A DNA stretch of 41,907 nucleotides from Candidatus Omnitrophica bacterium CG22_combo_CG10-13_8_21_14_all_43_16 (GTDB taxonomy: Bacteria; Omnitrophota; Gorgyraeia; Gorgyraeales; Gorgyraeaceae). Of the stretch, positions 9,543 through 19,348 are shown piece after piece. The notes under the pieces are model-generated. The model made no database searches. It was not told where the DNA came from and saw only the letters and a list, made by a program, of their open reading frames with translations. How positions within the stretch are numbered: the stretch's first letter is position 1; every line of letters starts with the position of its first letter. Location of the stretch: contig PCTH01000028.1 of assembly GCA_002771475.1 (NCBI GenBank), positions 1 to 41,907 on the forward strand, in the 5' to 3' direction. Both the position numbers and the translations under genes were made by a program.

Positions 9543-11195
9543 TTATTCTAGCACCGCTCCCTTGCTTGGAGAAGACACCATGCGGCTATATCTCGAAAGC
9601 CAGCCGCTTGTGACTCTCGGTTTAGGCGCCTTCCATCTTTTAAGGCGTTTCGCTATTTCGGCGCCTGTCAAATCCACGTCTATGCGCCTATTGTGTATAT
9701 CTATTGTAATCTCATCGTTATCCCTGACCACTGCTATAGGCCCGCCTTTACTGGCTTCGGGAGAAACATGACCTATGCACGGGCCACGCGTCCCGCCTGA
9801 AAATCTTCCGTCTGTGATAAGCGCCACGTCATTGGCAAGGCCCATCCCGACTATAGCCGAGGTAGGAGAAAGCATCTCTCTCATGCCGGGCCCGCCGCTA
9901 GGACCTTCATACCTGATCACAACCACGTCGCCTTTTTTAATCCTGCCGCTCAGTATAGCGTTCATTGACTCTTCTTCAGAATCAAATACCTTCGCCTTGC
10001 CTTTAAAAAGCATCGCCTCTTCGCTCACCGCGCCCTGTTTCACGACGCATCCTTCAGGCGCGATATTACCTTTTAATACAGCGATCCCTCCTTCTATATT
10101 ATAAGGATTATCCAGAGGCCTTATAACTTCTTCATCGCTAACCTTGCTGAGCCTCGCGATCTCTTTTATAGATAATCCGCTTACGGTGGGATTGTCATTT
10201 AATTTATCCGCCAGCCTGTTCAGAACACCAGGTATGCCGCCGCTGGATTCTAAATCCTCAAGGAAGTATTCCCCCCCGGGCCTCAGGTCAGATATCTTAG
10301 GTGTAGCCTTGCTTATTTTATCAAATATTTCAAGCGGCAGCGAAACCCCTGCCTCTTTGGCTATTGCCGTGAGATGTAAAACCGTATTTGTGGACCCGCC
10401 CAGAGCCATATCCACTGTTATCGCGTTCAAGAACGCCTTTTTATTCATAATAGAACGCGGCTTCACATTTTTCGCAACAAGCTCATTAATCCTTCTGCCG
10501 CTCTCAAAAGCTATCCTCATCTTTTTGCTGGATACTGCCAAAGATGTTGCGCATCCCACTAAGGACATGCCCATTGTCTCTGTAATGCAGCTCATCGTAT
10601 TGGCTGTAAAAAGCCCCTGGCATGAGCCAGGACCGGGACACGCGTTCATCTCAAGTGAATCCATTTCTTCCCTTGAAATCTCGCCCTTTTTGAATTTTCC
10701 CACAGCCTCAAACGTATCTCTTACAAGGTCCAGGCGCCTTCCTTTATAATTGCCTGTCAGCATAGGGCCGGCTGTGACAATAATAGCGGGTATATTCATT
10801 CTTGCGGCCGCCATGAGCATGCCCGGAGTAATCTTATCGCAATTTGTTAAAAGCACAAGACCGTCAAGCGAATACGCTCCCGCGATCGTCTCAACCATGT
10901 CAGCTATCAGTTCCCTGGAGGCAAGGGAATATCTCATGCCTGAGTGGCCCATCGCAATTCCGTCGCATATGCCCGGAATACCAAAGACAAAAGGCTTTCC
11001 TCCGCCTGCGTAAACCCCGTTTTCAATAGATCTCTCCAGCGTACGCATATGCATGTGGCCGGGTATCAGGTCCGTAAAGCTGGACGCAATACCTATAAAA
11101 GGCTTTTTCATGTCGCTATGGCACGCGCCTGTGGCGTACAAAAGCGCCCTGTTGCCTGCCTTGGAAATACCTTTTTTAATGATGTCGCTTTTCAT
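9543..11195 (-). CDS. ilvD: Dihydroxy-acid dehydratase
   Basis: [60 protein letters not shown]; start placed at ATG 11195 (SD AGAGGA). Confidence 0.97.
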   Translation of the reverse strand: MKSDIIKKGISKAGNRALLYATGACHSDMKKPFIGIASSFTDLIPGHMHMRTLERSIENGVYAGGGKPFVFGIPGICDGIAMGHSGMRYSLASRELIADMVETIAGAYSLDGLVLLTNCDKITPGMLMAAARMNIPAIIVTAGPMLTGNYKGRRLDLVRDTFEAVGKFKKGEISREEMDSLEMNACPGPGSCQGLFTANTMSCITETMGMSLVGCATSLAVSSKKMRIAFESGRRINELVAKNVKPRSIMNKKAFLNAITVDMALGGSTNTVLHLTAIAKEAGVSLPLEIFDKISKATPKISDLRPGGEYFLEDLESSGGIPGVLNRLADKLNDNPTVSGLSIKEIARLSKVSDEEVIRPLDNPYNIEGGIAVLKGNIAPEGCVVKQGAVSEEAMLFKGKAKVFDSEEESMNAILSGRIKKGDVVVIRYEGPSGGPGMREMLSPTSAIVGMGLANDVALITDGRFSGGTRGPCIGHVSPEASKGGPIAVVRDNDEITIDIHNRRIDVDLTGAEIAKRLKRWKAPKPRVTSGWLSRYSRMVSSPSKGAVLE

Positions 11196-11221
11196 AATAT
11201 CCTCTGGCTTCAAGCCTTTAA

Positions 11222-12196
11222 CTACTTTATTTCTATCTTTGCGTTCTTTTTCAAATCCTCTACGGTTTTATTGACCTGGTCTCTTTTGTTTTTATTCATT
11301 AAAAAATTCTCTATATCTTTAGAGACTTCTTCGTATGTCAATGTATGCGCGGCTTTTTTATCTATCGTCTTTAGTATATGATAACCAAACTGGGTTTCAA
11401 CCACAGGGCTGATCTGGTCTTTTTCAAGGCCGAATGCGGCGTCTTCGAAAGGCTTTACCATTTCGCCTTTTCTGAAATAACCCAGGTCTCCGCCATTTTG
11501 AGCTGAACCGTCTTCGGAGTTTTCTTTAGCGAGCTTCGCAAAATCCTCGCCTGACATAAGCCTGACCCTTAACGCGTCTATTTTTTCCTTTGCCTTTTGT
11601 TTTTCTTCCGGGGTGGCTTTTTCTCCTGCCTTTATCAGTATATGGCTGGCCCTTACTTCATCAGGGACGTTCAATTTATCTTTATTGGTTTCATATTCCT
11701 GCTTTTTCTGGCCTTCTGTCACCGGGCTCATTTTCGCAAAGACATTCTTTTCCAGATAGGCATTTATATAAATGCCTTTTTTGATGTCTTCCTTCAGGGA
11801 CTTCATGTCTATGCCCCTTTCCTTTAAGACCTTCTGAAACTCCTCTTCGGAATTAAATCCTTTTTTGATATTTTCCAGCTGGGTATCGACTTCTTTATCC
11901 AGGTTCCCGAGGCCGGCTTTCTGGCTCGCCTGGTACAACAGTTCCGCTGACACAAGCTCATTGAGTATGTCTTTTTTCAAAGCATCCTTTTCTTCTTCTT
12001 TTACTGTTACGCCGAACATTTTCTGGTTTTCTATGAAATTATTGACAGCCGTATCCAGCGTTGCCGCCTTGATTCCGGCCCCGTTAACCTTTGCCGCAAA
12101 CACATCTTTTTGGGAAGCCGCATTTGAGCTGACTACGCAAAATAATACTAAAACCGCAACCGCTAGCGCCGCAAACCAAGTATTTTTGATACACAT
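11222..12196 (-). CDS. Exported parvulin-type peptidyl-prolyl isomerase (PrsA/SurA-like)
   Basis: Signal peptide, SurA-N-like helical region, [41 protein letters not shown]. Confidence 0.9.
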   Translation of the reverse strand: MCIKNTWFAALAVAVLVLFCVVSSNAASQKDVFAAKVNGAGIKAATLDTAVNNFIENQKMFGVTVKEEEKDALKKDILNELVSAELLYQASQKAGLGNLDKEVDTQLENIKKGFNSEEEFQKVLKERGIDMKSLKEDIKKGIYINAYLEKNVFAKMSPVTEGQKKQEYETNKDKLNVPDEVRASHILIKAGEKATPEEKQKAKEKIDALRVRLMSGEDFAKLAKENSEDGSAQNGGDLGYFRKGEMVKPFEDAAFGLEKDQISPVVETQFGYHILKTIDKKAAHTLTYEEVSKDIENFLMNKNKRDQVNKTVEDLKKNAKIEIK

Positions 12197-12248
12197 GACA
12201 TCTCCTTTTTTCTATGGCCGGTTTGAAGTCTATAGCCATTAGTTTTTT

Positions 12249-12277
12249 ATTATCTCATTTTAACAAATAAAATTCAA
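12249..12277 (-). promoter_or_regulatory. Candidate sigma70 promoter upstream of PPIase-ilv genes
   Basis: - strand TTGAAT (12277-12272), 17 nt, TGaGATAAT (GATAAT 12254-12249); the spacer is AT-rich, so a chance match is possible. Confidence 0.4.
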
Positions 12278-12285
12278 TAACTAAA

Positions 12286-12759
12286 TTATCTCGAAATATC
12301 CACTATCTTATATTTCAAAGCGCCCGCAGGCACCTTTATATTGACTATGTCCCCGACCTTACAGCCTAAAAGCGCCTTGCCCACAGGCGAGGAGAGAGAA
12401 ATCCTGCCTGCGGCGTAGTCAGCCTCGTCCTCTGTCACGAGCATATAATCCATTTCCTCTTTTGAATCTATATCCACTAATTTTAATTTGGCTCCAATAT
12501 ACGCCTTATCCGAGGCTATGTTTTCATTATCCAGGATCCTGGCCGTAAGAATCTTCTCTTCGAGCTCCCTGATCCTTTTTTCATTTATTGCCTGGGACTG
12601 TTTCGCGGAATCATACTCGGCGTTCTCGCTTAAATCGCCCATCTGCCTCGCTTTTTCAAGGGCATTTGCTATTTCTTTGCGTTTCACGGTTTTAAGTATT
12701 TTTAATTCCCCTTTAAGCCTGTCGCATCCGTCTCTAGTCAAAAAAGTGCCTTCAGACAT
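12286..12759 (-). CDS. greA: Transcription elongation factor GreA
   Basis: ARQMGDLSENAEYDSAK, ISLSSPVGKALLG, VPAG. Confidence 0.96.
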   Translation of the reverse strand: MSEGTFLTRDGCDRLKGELKILKTVKRKEIANALEKARQMGDLSENAEYDSAKQSQAINEKRIRELEEKILTARILDNENIASDKAYIGAKLKLVDIDSKEEMDYMLVTEDEADYAAGRISLSSPVGKALLGCKVGDIVNIKVPAGALKYKIVDISR

Positions 12760-12767
12760 GTCTCCTC

Positions 12768-13880
12768 CTATTTATATATTCTCGGAACCCTGCGGCCTAT
12801 ATTGCAAAGCACCTCGTAGGGTATGGTATTTATAAGCCTTGCCAGCTCTTCCGCCCTTATAATCTTATTACCCTGACTGCCTATCAAAATTACATCATCT
12901 CCGACCTTGACATTTTTTAAATGCCCTACATCTATCATGCACATGTCCATGCAGACCCTGCCTGCTATGGGGCAGCGGCTATTATTGATCAGAACCTCCG
13001 CCTTGTTTGAAAAATGCCTTGAATATCCGTCGCCGTAACCCACCGGTATCGTAGCTATTTTTGTGGGCTTTTCAGTGACATAAGTCATTCCGTAACTTAT
13101 ACTGCGGCCTTTCGGCACCAGTTTCAGATGAGTTATCTTTGTTTTTAAAGTAAGCGCGGGTTTTAAAAGTATATTTCTCATAAGGCTTTCTTTCGGGTAT
13201 ATGCCGTACATCATGAGGCCCGGCCTGACCATGTTCATGTGGCTGTCTTTAAAATCTATAAGGCCCATGCTGTTTGCCGTATGTTTTACGGGTATATCTA
13301 TGCCGTTATCCCACAGCTCTTCCATGAGACGCTTAAAATTCTTTATCTGATTGCATGTAAAAACCTTGTCTGATTCTGCGTCCGGAAAATGCGTAAAAAT
13401 GCCGTCTATAATAATATTTTTCAATTTCGCTATTTTCTTTACGAAACTCACTGCCTCTTCGTGCCAGAATCCCAGGCGTCCCATGCCTGTATCCACTTTT
13501 ATATGCACTTTTATTTTTTTATTCTTGGACAGGGCAAGCTTAGAAAGCCTCTTGGGGATATCCAGGTCCGAAACTGTCTGGATCGCATCAAATTTCAAAA
13601 CCCCTTCTATTTCTTCAGGCAGGATAGCGCCTACGACAAGTATGGGCTTTTTTATCCCGATACCGCGTAAGATAGCTGCTTCATCAAGAGACGCGACCCC
13701 GAAATAATCCACATAATCCACTATTGCCTTTGAGACTTCCTGCATACCGTGGCCATAAGCATCTGCTTTTACAACGCCCAGTATTTTCGTGTCGCTTTTC
13801 ACGATATGGCTGACTATCTCCAGATTATGGCGTATAGCGCCCAGATCTATCCCTGCTAATGTAGGACGGTAAAATCTCAT
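12768..13880 (-). CDS. alr: Alanine racemase
   Basis: VVKADAYGHG (PLP Lys), HIKVDTGMGRLG, HTANS, ISYG, GYGDGY, GRVCMD; start at ATG 13880 (ATGA overlap with tsaB stop). Confidence 0.97.
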   Translation of the reverse strand: MRFYRPTLAGIDLGAIRHNLEIVSHIVKSDTKILGVVKADAYGHGMQEVSKAIVDYVDYFGVASLDEAAILRGIGIKKPILVVGAILPEEIEGVLKFDAIQTVSDLDIPKRLSKLALSKNKKIKVHIKVDTGMGRLGFWHEEAVSFVKKIAKLKNIIIDGIFTHFPDAESDKVFTCNQIKNFKRLMEELWDNGIDIPVKHTANSMGLIDFKDSHMNMVRPGLMMYGIYPKESLMRNILLKPALTLKTKITHLKLVPKGRSISYGMTYVTEKPTKIATIPVGYGDGYSRHFSNKAEVLINNSRCPIAGRVCMDMCMIDVGHLKNVKVGDDVILIGSQGNKIIRAEELARLINTIPYEVLCNIGRRVPRIYK

Positions 13881-14554
13881 GGTTTTCTCACCTGGCAATC
13901 ATCCGGATACAGATATAAAGGCGTTAATTTATCCAGGCCTGGTTTTTTAGCCTTTTTGATCCTTGAAAAACCAAGCCTTATAATATTCCCAGCTTCCGGA
14001 TACCAGTATTTTTCCTCCAGAAATATTGCTTTTTTATCCGCGCTCAATATATTTTCCCTGTAGAGAGATACGCCGTCTCCTAAAAAAACAGGCTCTCGCT
14101 TTATCTTTTTCAAAAGCTCCGCTACAGGCAGCAGCATATAATCCGACAATCTCTTTACCCGCCCGGCCTTTCTCCTGTAAATAGCGGCGTAAACCTGCCC
14201 TCTCTTCGCGTCTATTATAGGAATGACATCCTTATTGTTTTCAACGGCATTGCAGGCAATAGCGTCTATGCTTGCCACTCCTATGCATGGTTTTCCCGTA
14301 GCTATGCCGAAACCTTTTACTGCGCTGACTCCTATCCTGAGGCCCGTAAACGAGCCCGGCCCGAGGCCTATCACAAAAGCGCCTATTTTTTTTATAGGCG
14401 TTTTGGATTTTTGCAAAAACTCTTTTAGTATAGGTGTCAGCTGGCTGGCCTGGTTTCTATCCACCAGATGAGATTCTTCTTTCATTATATCCTCATCCTC
14501 GCTGAGAGCAATGTTCAGAAATTTCGAGCTTGTATCAATCCCTAAGATCTTCAA
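13877..14554 (-). CDS. tsaB: tRNA t6A biosynthesis protein TsaB
   Basis: ILGIDTS, GPGSFTGLRIG, IDAKRGQVY, PLYL. Confidence 0.95.
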   Translation of the reverse strand: MKILGIDTSSKFLNIALSEDEDIMKEESHLVDRNQASQLTPILKEFLQKSKTPIKKIGAFVIGLGPGSFTGLRIGVSAVKGFGIATGKPCIGVASIDAIACNAVENNKDVIPIIDAKRGQVYAAIYRRKAGRVKRLSDYMLLPVAELLKKIKREPVFLGDGVSLYRENILSADKKAIFLEEKYWYPEAGNIIRLGFSRIKKAKKPGLDKLTPLYLYPDDCQVRKP

Positions 14555-14960
14555 TCGCTACCTCTCTTTTATCATCGCCTTTTACCTTGAATTTCACAGA
14601 TATGTGTCTTTTGGGCAGGATGCATTTCATTTTTTCAGCCCATTCTATGACAGTGACGCCTTTTCCGTAAATATACTCTTCTATCGCAAGATTTTCTATC
14701 TCTTTAAGGGCATCCAGCCTGTACAAATCAAGATGGTACAGCGGCATTTTCCCGTCATATTCTTTTATCAGAACAAAAGTGGGGCTGTTTATGCGCCTTG
14801 GGTTTTTTACGCCCAGGCCTTTTCCAATACCTTTTGTAAAAGTAGTCTTACCGCTTCCCAGATTCCCTGAAAGCGCGACCACGTCTCCCGGCTTCAGTTT
14901 CTTCGCCAGCTTCTCGCCCGCCAGTATCGTCTCTTCCGCGCTTTTTGTTATCATATACAT
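14535..14960 (-). CDS. tsaE: tRNA t6A biosynthesis ATPase TsaE
   Basis: GNLGSGKTTF, SPTFVLIKEY, HLDLYRL, IEWAE; start moved to ATG 14960 (or 14954), downstream of the thiL stop. Confidence 0.94.
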   Translation of the reverse strand: MYMITKSAEETILAGEKLAKKLKPGDVVALSGNLGSGKTTFTKGIGKGLGVKNPRRINSPTFVLIKEYDGKMPLYHLDLYRLDALKEIENLAIEEYIYGKGVTVIEWAEKMKCILPKRHISVKFKVKGDDKREVAIEDLRD

Positions 14961-14986
14961 TTCAACATTGTCGTTTTTCCAGTTGT

Positions 14987-15889
14987 TTAGAAATGGGCAA
15001 AGCCTGCCGGCTTTATTTTTTCCGCTTTTCCGGTTTTTCTTACAAGAAAAAAACCTTTGCGGCTGCTGCATATCCTGCCAATTTCAGAAATCTTTGTTTT
15101 AAACGGCCATATCTTTTTTAACCTGCCTGCGACCGGCCCAGGCAAAGTAAAAACGAGCTCAAAATCTTCCCCATCCCTGAGTGCTGAATTAAAATTTGAA
15201 GCGCTTTTAGAAACAGGCACTCTATTTTCGTAAATGATTGCTCCCTTATTGCTCTCTTTTAATATATGCCCAAGGTCAGCCAGAAGCCCGTCAGATACGT
15301 CTATCATTGAATTGATCTTAAAATTATTTACTAAAAATCTAGCCTCTTTAAGCCGCGGGGTAAAATTGAGATGCTTGAGCTTTATTGAGCCTCCTATATA
15401 TCCTGTAATAAATATAGCGTCGTTTTCTTTTGCCCCGCTTCTCAGGGTCAAATTTTTCTTTTCCACCTCTCCTGTAAGCGCAATATTAATAACTATTTTT
15501 CCTGAACCGACAGTGTCCCCGCCCACTAAATCTACGCCGAACATATCAGCGGCTTTTTTTATTCCTTTATACAGCCCTTCGGCATATTTTAAATCCAGTG
15601 AGCCCGGCAGGCCTACCGAGATAACGGCAAATTTAGGAACGCCTCCCATTGCCGCAATATCGCTTATATTGCAAGACATGGCTTTTTTTCCCACCAGCTC
15701 GGCTTTGTCGCTTTTATAAAAATGCTTCCCTTCCACCAGCATATCGGTAGTCAAAAGCTGATATTTATCTTTCGAATAACGAAGGACAGCTGCGTCATCG
15801 CCTATACCTTTTATAACCCGCCCGGATAATTTTACAGCCTTATTTATCCTGTCTATAAAATTAAATTCCCCTAAATCTTTTAATCTCAT
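14987..15889 (-). CDS. thiL: Thiamine-monophosphate kinase
   Basis: GEFNFI, GIGDDAA, VEGKHF, NISDIAAMGG, GGDT, DVSDGL, GEDFEL. Confidence 0.95.
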   Translation of the reverse strand: MRLKDLGEFNFIDRINKAVKLSGRVIKGIGDDAAVLRYSKDKYQLLTTDMLVEGKHFYKSDKAELVGKKAMSCNISDIAAMGGVPKFAVISVGLPGSLDLKYAEGLYKGIKKAADMFGVDLVGGDTVGSGKIVINIALTGEVEKKNLTLRSGAKENDAIFITGYIGGSIKLKHLNFTPRLKEARFLVNNFKINSMIDVSDGLLADLGHILKESNKGAIIYENRVPVSKSASNFNSALRDGEDFELVFTLPGPVAGRLKKIWPFKTKISEIGRICSSRKGFFLVRKTGKAEKIKPAGFAHF

Positions 15890-16889
15890 AAATGCCTTTT
15901 TCGGTTATTATGCCTGAGATCAGGCTGTGAGGAGTAACGTCAAACGCAGGATTATAAACCTTTGCGCGGATCGGCGCAATCTGCCTTGAACCCGCGTAAA
16001 TAATCTCTTCCGCCTTTCTTTCTTCAATAGGGATATCCTCGCCTGTTTTTATAAATTTATCTATAGTAGAACTTGGGGCTGCTACATAAAAAGGAATACC
16101 GTGGTGCCTTGCAAGCACAGCGAGCCCGTATGTGCCTATCTTATTGGCGGCGTCTCCGTTAGCGGCAATCCTGTCCGAGCCGACGATGATCTTCGTAACA
16201 CCTTTATTTTTTATGACGCTCGCCGCCATATTATCGCATATAAGAGTGGCGTCAATATTATTCCGCATCAGTTCCCACATAGTAAGACGCGACCCCTGCA
16301 TAAGCGGCCTTGTCTCATCAGCATAGACCTTGAAACGTTTACCCTGTTTTTTAGCTTCGTAGATTATTGAAAGGGCTGTGCCTTGTCCGGCTGTAGCCAG
16401 TATCCCGGCATTGCAATGCGTCAATATCACGTCTCCATTTTTTATCAGTTTCGCACCGTTTTTTCCGATTGCAATGCACATATTTTTGTCTTCTTCCAGG
16501 ATTTTCAATGCCTCTTTTAAAACAAACCTCTTACACTTCGTAAGTGTACAATTTTTTACGCTTACGAAGCGTAATAAGGCGCGCTCCATTCTATCAAGTG
16601 CCCAGAATAGGTTTACCGCAGTAGGCCTGGTGACCCTGAGTTTCTGAGAGGCTTTGGCCAGATCTTTTTTAAGGCCTGCCCATGAATTTTGTTTTGAATT
16701 AACAGCGGCCAACGCGTATCCCAGGGCAACAGCCACGCCTATCAAAGGAGCGCCTCTTATCCTGAGCTTCTTTATTGCCTCGCATAATATATCTACATCC
16801 TTGCAAGCTACATACTTTAGCTTCGCGGGCAGTTCTGTCTGGTCAATAAAAACTATTTTTCCGTCTTTCCACTTGATAGGTTCTATCAT
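15861..16889 (-). CDS. mtnA: S-methyl-5-thioribose-1-phosphate isomerase
   Basis: DQTELP, IRGAPLIG, RPTAVNL, THCNAG, ETRPLMQG, DRIAANGDAANKIGTY, NPAFDVTP. Confidence 0.95.
   Translation of the reverse strand: MIEPIKWKDGKIVFIDQTELPAKLKYVACKDVDILCEAIKKLRIRGAPLIGVAVALGYALAAVNSKQNSWAGLKKDLAKASQKLRVTRPTAVNLFWALDRMERALLRFVSVKNCTLTKCKRFVLKEALKILEEDKNMCIAIGKNGAKLIKNGDVILTHCNAGILATAGQGTALSIIYEAKKQGKRFKVYADETRPLMQGSRLTMWELMRNNIDATLICDNMAASVIKNKGVTKIIVGSDRIAANGDAANKIGTYGLAVLARHHGIPFYVAAPSSTIDKFIKTGEDIPIEERKAEEIIYAGSRQIAPIRAKVYNPAFDVTPHSLISGIITEKGIYEIKRFRGI
16531..16574. repeat. Double palindrome inside the mtnA coding sequence, family B copy 2
   Basis: TTACACTTCGTAAGTGTA-CAATTTTT-TACGCTTACGAAGCGTAA; the same units as 3834-3873. 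Confidence 0.75.
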
Positions 16890-17989
16890 AAACCAAACCC
16901 CTTTGCTAAAAAATTACGTTTTAATTCTACTGCCTTATGAGGACAAACCTCGTGGCAGCACATGCACTTGATACATTTTTTTAAATCTATAACCGACTTT
17001 CCGGGATTTATCGTTATAGCTGAAACAGGACAGCTGTCCCTGCATATCATGCATTTTTTGCAAAATTTTTCTTTTATGCGCGGCCCGAATTTTATAAACC
17101 CGGCCACAAATTTAGCAAAAGGCCCTAGGGCAGTTATTAACCCCGGTTTTCCCGGGATCTCAAAACCTTTTATCAAATTATCTTTTATGTTTTCCCCTGA
17201 TACTTCAATATTTTCCAGGCCTGCTTCTCCGAGCCTTCTTCCATACGCTTCCTTTGTAGTCAAGATGCCTAACGGTTCCACGCCTATTAGTCCGGCAAAA
17301 ACAGAGTCTACTGCCACGCTGTCAGTCCCGGCTATTAAAAGACCTGTATCTTTCAGCCTTCCTGAAGCAGGCCCTCCCTGATCCATGCTGACTATAGCGT
17401 CCATTAAAACCAGGCTGGGCTTTGCTATCTCAAATGTATCCACTAAAACCTTTGCGAATTCTTCAGGGCTTGGATATTTTTTATGAAGTTCGCTTTTATG
17501 AAGCCCTGCAACAGCGCCGTACATATTTTTAACCGCCCCTGTAAGGCCCATCAAGCTGTGGGTTTTCATTTTAGGAATATTTATAATCTTATCGCATTCA
17601 AAAATATATGCCGCTATCGGAATATTATTAACTACTTTTATGCCTTTCGCCTCTTTTAACTCTATGCCTTCTTCCTTTGCCAAAGCGCTCAGGCCTGCGC
17701 CTTCGTATACCGCCATGGAACTTATTGAGCCGCCGGGATTGTCGCCTATAAAAACTGTCGCGCCGCAGTCTCTGGCTAATCTAACAACAGCCCTTATCAC
17801 CTCCGGGTGTGTACATACCCCGTCTTCAGGCAGACGGGCTGAAAGCATATTAGGCTTAATAAGTACACGTTCACCTTTTTTTATAAAAGCGCTTATCCCT
17901 CCCAGAAGATCAAAAGCCTTTTTTACAGCCTGCTCAACTTCTGTCCTTTTGTAATTTTCACATTTTACAATCGCAACTCTGGTTTTCAT
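16886..17989 (-). CDS. DUF362-family protein with C-terminal 2x[4Fe-4S] ferredoxin domain
   Basis: VLIKPN, THPEV, GDNPG, INIPKMKTH, TGAVKNMYG, GTDSVAVD; two CxxCxxCxxxCP motifs at the C-terminus. Confidence 0.85.
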   Translation of the reverse strand: MKTRVAIVKCENYKRTEVEQAVKKAFDLLGGISAFIKKGERVLIKPNMLSARLPEDGVCTHPEVIRAVVRLARDCGATVFIGDNPGGSISSMAVYEGAGLSALAKEEGIELKEAKGIKVVNNIPIAAYIFECDKIINIPKMKTHSLMGLTGAVKNMYGAVAGLHKSELHKKYPSPEEFAKVLVDTFEIAKPSLVLMDAIVSMDQGGPASGRLKDTGLLIAGTDSVAVDSVFAGLIGVEPLGILTTKEAYGRRLGEAGLENIEVSGENIKDNLIKGFEIPGKPGLITALGPFAKFVAGFIKFGPRIKEKFCKKCMICRDSCPVSAITINPGKSVIDLKKCIKCMCCHEVCPHKAVELKRNFLAKGFGL

Positions 17990-18039
17990 TCTATTCTCTA
18001 TGTAATACTTTCAATGTCAGATAACACTAATTGCTCTTT

Positions 18040-18281
18040 GCCAGCCCTGGCAGGTTTTGAGAAAAGCCTCGCCGATTTGAGCGGGCACGGTGCCCCGCCT
18101 CCGGGCTGGGGCCATTCGGCGCTGAAATAACTTCGCCGTAATTCCTTGCGGACTTTTGCCGAAATTTTTCTAATGCGCCTCAAACCCCAGCCCGGAGGCG
18201 GGGCAAGCGAAAATCGGCGCGGAGCGAAGGACGTCTCGCTGGGACGTCCGAGCGTCTTTTCGAAAGCCTGCCAGGGCTGGC
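18040..18281. repeat. Nested palindromic element (MITE/REP-like or structured RNA), family A copy 1
   Basis: 15-bp perfect terminal IR (18040-18054 / 18267-18281), 21-bp perfect inner IR (18091-18111 / 18185-18205) and further stems; core homologous to 25193-25374. Confidence 0.85.
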
Positions 18282-18322
18282 TACTATGCAAAGCGTTACC
18301 TAACTATTCAAATAATACACTT

Positions 18323-19348
18323 TTAGCCCCGGATGAGCTCCTTTATAAAAAATACAAAACCCACAATAATTGAATTGTGAATTATATGCACGGCCATGGG
18401 CGCTACAAGAGACCCTGTTGTCTCATATAAAAACGCCATCAGGATGCCCAATATTATAATCGGCGCAAAGCCCGTTACGTTTGTATGCAGCATGCTGAAT
18501 AAAGCTGCGCTTAGCAGCACTCCGGACAGCACTCCAAACCGTTTTCTTACAGCGCTGTATAAAAATCCCCTGAAAAATATTTCCTCTATTATAGGCCCCA
18601 GGATTGCAACAAATACTGTTAAAAATAAAACCACATTGCTTCTTTTTTCTTCTAAAAACATATCAAATACAGGCTGAGCAGGAAATTTATATCCTATCGC
18701 GTTTAGAAACAGCATCGATAAGATAAGGACTGCTATTAAAATAGGCAATATAAACACATAAGCGGTAATCCCGGATAAAACATTTCTATAAAAACCCGCG
18801 GATGCGATGCCCAGGCTGGACAATTTCTCCCTGTATTTTACCATGACAAAATAAAATATCGTTATCCCGGCAATCACATCTATAGAAAATGTGCCCAGTA
18901 TCATGCCCAGATTAGGGTCAATATTAAAATGAAGCGGCTTTGAAACAATGCTTGTTAACGCCCCCAGCATATAGCCTGAGAAAACCGCTATAATAGCCGC
19001 CTTTAACACGTCCGCTATGCCCCATGGTACGGATATTTTATCCGGAACTTTTTCCGGGATTATCTTTTTCCTGCCAAAAAGAAAAAAAAGATTCATCGCC
19101 ATGCCTGCCAGGAGCATAAAAATCCCTGTAAATATTCCATATTTGAAAAGAACTGCGGCAGGCTTTTCCGATTCAAAGAATAACTTTATCTTTTCTTCCG
19201 TGACGCCCATATCCTGGAATGTCATGGAAGAAACGCTTTTTTTATCAGCCGTTTTTTTTCGGCTATATCCTATATTAAGCAGATTAATGCCTAATATAAA
19301 AATCAGCATCCAGATATACATGCGTTCTCTTTTGATAAATTCTAACAT
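18323..19348 (-). CDS. CPBP (CAAX/Abi) family intramembrane glutamic endopeptidase
   Basis: Multiple TM helices; PIIEEIFFRG, FSMLH, HIIHN motifs. Confidence 0.9.
   Translation of the reverse strand: MLEFIKRERMYIWMLIFILGINLLNIGYSRKKTADKKSVSSMTFQDMGVTEEKIKLFFESEKPAAVLFKYGIFTGIFMLLAGMAMNLFFLFGRKKIIPEKVPDKISVPWGIADVLKAAIIAVFSGYMLGALTSIVSKPLHFNIDPNLGMILGTFSIDVIAGITIFYFVMVKYREKLSSLGIASAGFYRNVLSGITAYVFILPILIAVLILSMLFLNAIGYKFPAQPVFDMFLEEKRSNVVLFLTVFVAILGPIIEEIFFRGFLYSAVRKRFGVLSGVLLSAALFSMLHTNVTGFAPIIILGILMAFLYETTGSLVAPMAVHIIHNSIIVGFVFFIKELIRG

Noticed and set aside
14961-15071. Long N-terminal extensions in the ORF track (tsaE; likewise ruvA, ruvC, mlaF, alr)
   Set aside because: They overlap upstream genes or hairpins; downstream ATGs match family N-termini and SD/ATGA coupling
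17998-18373. ORFs 17998-18291 (-) and 18146-18373 (+) as proteins
   Set aside because: They run through the palindromic element; mirrored peptides (PPPGWG / PQPGGG) simply reflect the inverted repeat, and there is no SD or family motif
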